Origin: Candidatus Enterousia sp.
Lineage (GTDB): Bacteria > Pseudomonadota > Alphaproteobacteria > Rs-D84
Direction: 5' to 3'
Assembly (NCBI GenBank): GCA_045635585.1
Contig: JAZTWA010000011.1
Coordinates: forward strand, 5,919 to 69,918
Length of the DNA stretch: 64,000 nt
Shown here piece by piece: positions 61,473 to 64,000 of this stretch (position 1 is the first letter of the stretch; every line of letters starts with the position of its first letter). Below the pieces are notes generated by a model. The model did no database searches, had not been told where the DNA came from, and worked only from the letters and a program-made list of their open reading frames with translations. The position numbers and the translations under genes are program-made.

Positions 61473-62297
61473 ATGACTTGGACAATTTTGGTACTGGTAT
61501 TGGCTATCGCGTTGTATGTGTTCGGCGGCAAAATGGTAAAACAAAATGCCAAGAAAGCATCAGCGGGTGCAGAATACGCAAAAAAAGTAATTAAAATCGT
61601 TGCGATTTTATTGGTTGCAGGCAGTGTTTGCCGTCTGTATACACCATATTATCTGACATCGGTTAACCCAGCAATCATTCAGGAAATGGTTGAAGCAATG
61701 CAGGCACAGCAGAACGCTGAAAAGAACAAAGCGATTCGCAAGTTTGTTCGTGGCAATGCAGATGCAATGATGGCAGATGCGCCAATTTTGGGTAACCCAG
61801 AAGCAGAAAAGACAATCTATGTATGGACTGCGGCATCATGTGGTTATTGCCGTCGTGTACATGGTGAATTGGATCGCGTGTTGAATGAACGTGATGATGT
61901 TCGTGTTGTTATCAAAAACTTCTCTATCCATGGAACAATGTCTGATGGCCCAGCACGTGCGATGATTGCTGCAAAAATGCAAGATAATGCAAAGGCTGCA
62001 AAATTGGTCGATTTGATTATGACACGTGAATATCGTCCATCAGAAAAAATTGATGACCAAGACAAATTGGCAGAAGCAATTGAAAAGAATATCATGAAAT
62101 TTGCTGAAGAAGCCGGTTTGGATACAGCACAATTGAAAAAAGATATGACCAGTGATGTTGTTGCACGCGAATTGGGTCACGTACGTGATTTGGCACAGCG
62201 TTTTGAAATCACAGGTACACCATTCTTGATTATCGGTGAAGAAGCATTCCCAGGTGCAATCCCAGCTGATCAAATCAAGGCTGCATTGGATAAATAA
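61473..62297 (+). CDS. DsbA/Com1-like thiol-disulfide oxidoreductase
   Basis: CGYC active site and GTP cis-Pro loop; N-terminal TMs. Confidence 0.88.
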   Translation: MTWTILVLVLAIALYVFGGKMVKQNAKKASAGAEYAKKVIKIVAILLVAGSVCRLYTPYYLTSVNPAIIQEMVEAMQAQQNAEKNKAIRKFVRGNADAMMADAPILGNPEAEKTIYVWTAASCGYCRRVHGELDRVLNERDDVRVVIKNFSIHGTMSDGPARAMIAAKMQDNAKAAKLVDLIMTREYRPSEKIDDQDKLAEAIEKNIMKFAEEAGLDTAQLKKDMTSDVVARELGHVRDLAQRFEITGTPFLIIGEEAFPGAIPADQIKAALDK

Positions 62298-62456
62298 TTC
62301 ACTGCAAATAATTCATTGGATTTTAAAGCACCCCAATGGGGTGCTTTTTTATTTTATTTGGGTTGTTTTTCATATTTTTTTATCTATATATATGATAAAT
62401 TCGCGAATCGGGTTTTGTTATGGTATAATTTCACAGAAAATAAAGAGGTTTTATAT

Positions 62457-63038
62457 ATGGCACTGATACCAATGGTTATCGAAGAATCACCACGTGGGGA
62501 ACGTTCGTTTGATATTTATTCCCGCTTGTTGCGTGATCGTATTATTATGATTAATGGACAAATTGAACCAGTGATGGCAAACAGTATTGTTGCACAGTTG
62601 TTGTTCTTGGAATCAGAAAATCCAAATGCTGATATTTCTGTGTATATTAATAGTCCGGGGGGCGATGTTTCGGCCGGATGGGCAATTATGGATACAATGC
62701 ATTATATCAAGGCACCTGTATCGACAATTGGTATGGGGTTGGTTGCATCCATGGGGGCTGTTTTGCTGGCCGCAGGCCAAAAGGGTAAGCGTTTTGTTTT
62801 GCCTAATACACAGATTATGATTCATCAACCGTTGGCTGGTGCCCAAGGACAGATTACTGATATGGAAATTCAAATGAATCAATATCAGAAAAATAAAAAG
62901 ACATTGATTAAACAGATGGCTGAATTTACAGGACGTAAAGAAAAAGAACTGTTCGAAGCAATGGAACGTGATAATTGGATGTGTCCAACCGAAGCCAAAG
63001 ATTTTGGTTTGGTCGATGGAATTTTGGAACGCAAATAA
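62457..63038 (+). CDS. clpP: ATP-dependent Clp protease proteolytic subunit
   Basis: DIYSRLL, YINSPGG, ASMG, MIHQP. Confidence 0.97.
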   Translation: MALIPMVIEESPRGERSFDIYSRLLRDRIIMINGQIEPVMANSIVAQLLFLESENPNADISVYINSPGGDVSAGWAIMDTMHYIKAPVSTIGMGLVASMGAVLLAAGQKGKRFVLPNTQIMIHQPLAGAQGQITDMEIQMNQYQKNKKTLIKQMAEFTGRKEKELFEAMERDNWMCPTEAKDFGLVDGILERK

Positions 63039-63067
63039 TCAGATAAAACATTTCGGGAATTATAATT

Positions 63068-64000
63068 ATGAGTGACGAAAAAACACCAAAAACAGAAAAT
63101 AATCAGCAATTTTGCAGTTTTTGTGGCAAGGCTGTTTATGAAGTAAAAAAATTGGTCAGTGGTCGTAATGTTTGCATTTGTGATGAATGTATCAATTTGT
63201 GTAATGATATTATGGCCGATGATAATCGACGTGAAATTGGTAAAGATGCGGCCAAGTTGCCAACACCATCACAGATTTATAATTTCTTGAATGAATATAT
63301 TATTGGTCAAGATACGGCCAAACGCACATTGGCGGTTGCGGTTTATAATCATTTTAAACGTCATATGGTTGCGGTAACAAATGATGTTGAAATTCAAAAG
63401 TCGAATGTTTTATTGATTGGTTCGACCGGTACGGGTAAGACATTATTTGCGCAAACGTTGGCACGTATTTTGGATGTGCCTTTTGCAATTGCTGATGCAA
63501 CAACCCTGACCGAGGCGGGATATGTTGGTGATGACGTAGAAAGTGTTTTGACACGCTTGTTACAGAATGCAAACTTTGATGTCGAAAGGGCCAGTCGTGG
63601 TATTATTTATATTGATGAAATTGATAAGATTTCACGTAAATCTGAAAATCCATCACTGACACGCGATGTTTCGGGTGAAGGTGTTCAACAGGCATTATTG
63701 AAATTAATCGAAGGTACGGTTGCAAATGTTCCGGCCGGTGGTGCAGGGCGCAAGCATCCGGGTGAAGCCACTGTTCAGTTAGATACCAGCAAGATTTTAT
63801 TTATCTGCGGTGGTGCATTTGATGGTTTGAACAAGATTATTGGTAATCGCACATGTGCGCGTCGTGGAATTGGATTTGGGGCGCATGTTGAATCGAATGA
63901 AGAACGTGCAAATAAAAATTTCTTGGCGGATGTTGAACCCGAAGATTTGGTAAAGTTTGGGATTATTCCGGAATTAATTGGTCGTTTGCCTGTTATTACA
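63068..64000 (+). CDS. clpX: ClpX ATPase (partial, runs off the window)
   Basis: Hand translation shows [39 protein letters not shown]. Confidence 0.95.
   Translation, partial: MSDEKTPKTENNQQFCSFCGKAVYEVKKLVSGRNVCICDECINLCNDIMADDNRREIGKDAAKLPTPSQIYNFLNEYIIGQDTAKRTLAVAVYNHFKRHMVAVTNDVEIQKSNVLLIGSTGTGKTLFAQTLARILDVPFAIADATTLTEAGYVGDDVESVLTRLLQNANFDVERASRGIIYIDEIDKISRKSENPSLTRDVSGEGVQQALLKLIEGTVANVPAGGAGRKHPGEATVQLDTSKILFICGGAFDGLNKIIGNRTCARRGIGFGAHVESNEERANKNFLADVEPEDLVKFGIIPELIGRLPVIT

Overview
A gene-dense, AT-rich chromosomal window from a genome-reduced, probably anaerobic, diderm alphaproteobacterium. The LPS transport genes, CarD, PFOR and an orphan VirB11 support this; similarity to gut-associated Rs-D84/'Enterousia'-type lineages is my inference. 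Most of the window is housekeeping: grpE, tpiA, a PpiD-like gene, rpmB, clpB, an MsbA-like exporter, rpsU, lptBC, rpsB-tsf, ssb, tyrS, envC, ctpA, nifJ, bamE, carD, acpS, corA, polA, pth, a class A PBP, ligA, recO, dsbA and clpP-clpX, plus four tRNAs. These are interspersed with lineage-specific surface proteins (a Pmp-like autotransporter, an S8 protease, Cys-rich proteins) and orphan enzyme-like genes. The main accessory feature is a ~10 kb element integrated in tRNA-Pro(GGG), 39922-49973. It carries a large serine recombinase, HigBA, a II/X-like Rep, a highly structured ~220-nt non-coding segment, and a type III R-M system with a wHTH+TM gene wedged between mod and res. The recombinase ORF is cut by its own attachment site: it ends in the tRNA when integrated and would gain a 48-aa tail on excision. 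Other highlights are a C4/CI-like antisense leader upstream of a secreted-protein gene, two small unannotated ORFs, a set of Arg-terminated orphan enzymes (candidate T4SS substrates), and an exported trigger-factor-type FKBP lipoprotein. Product calls rest on recognised motifs only; no database searches were run.
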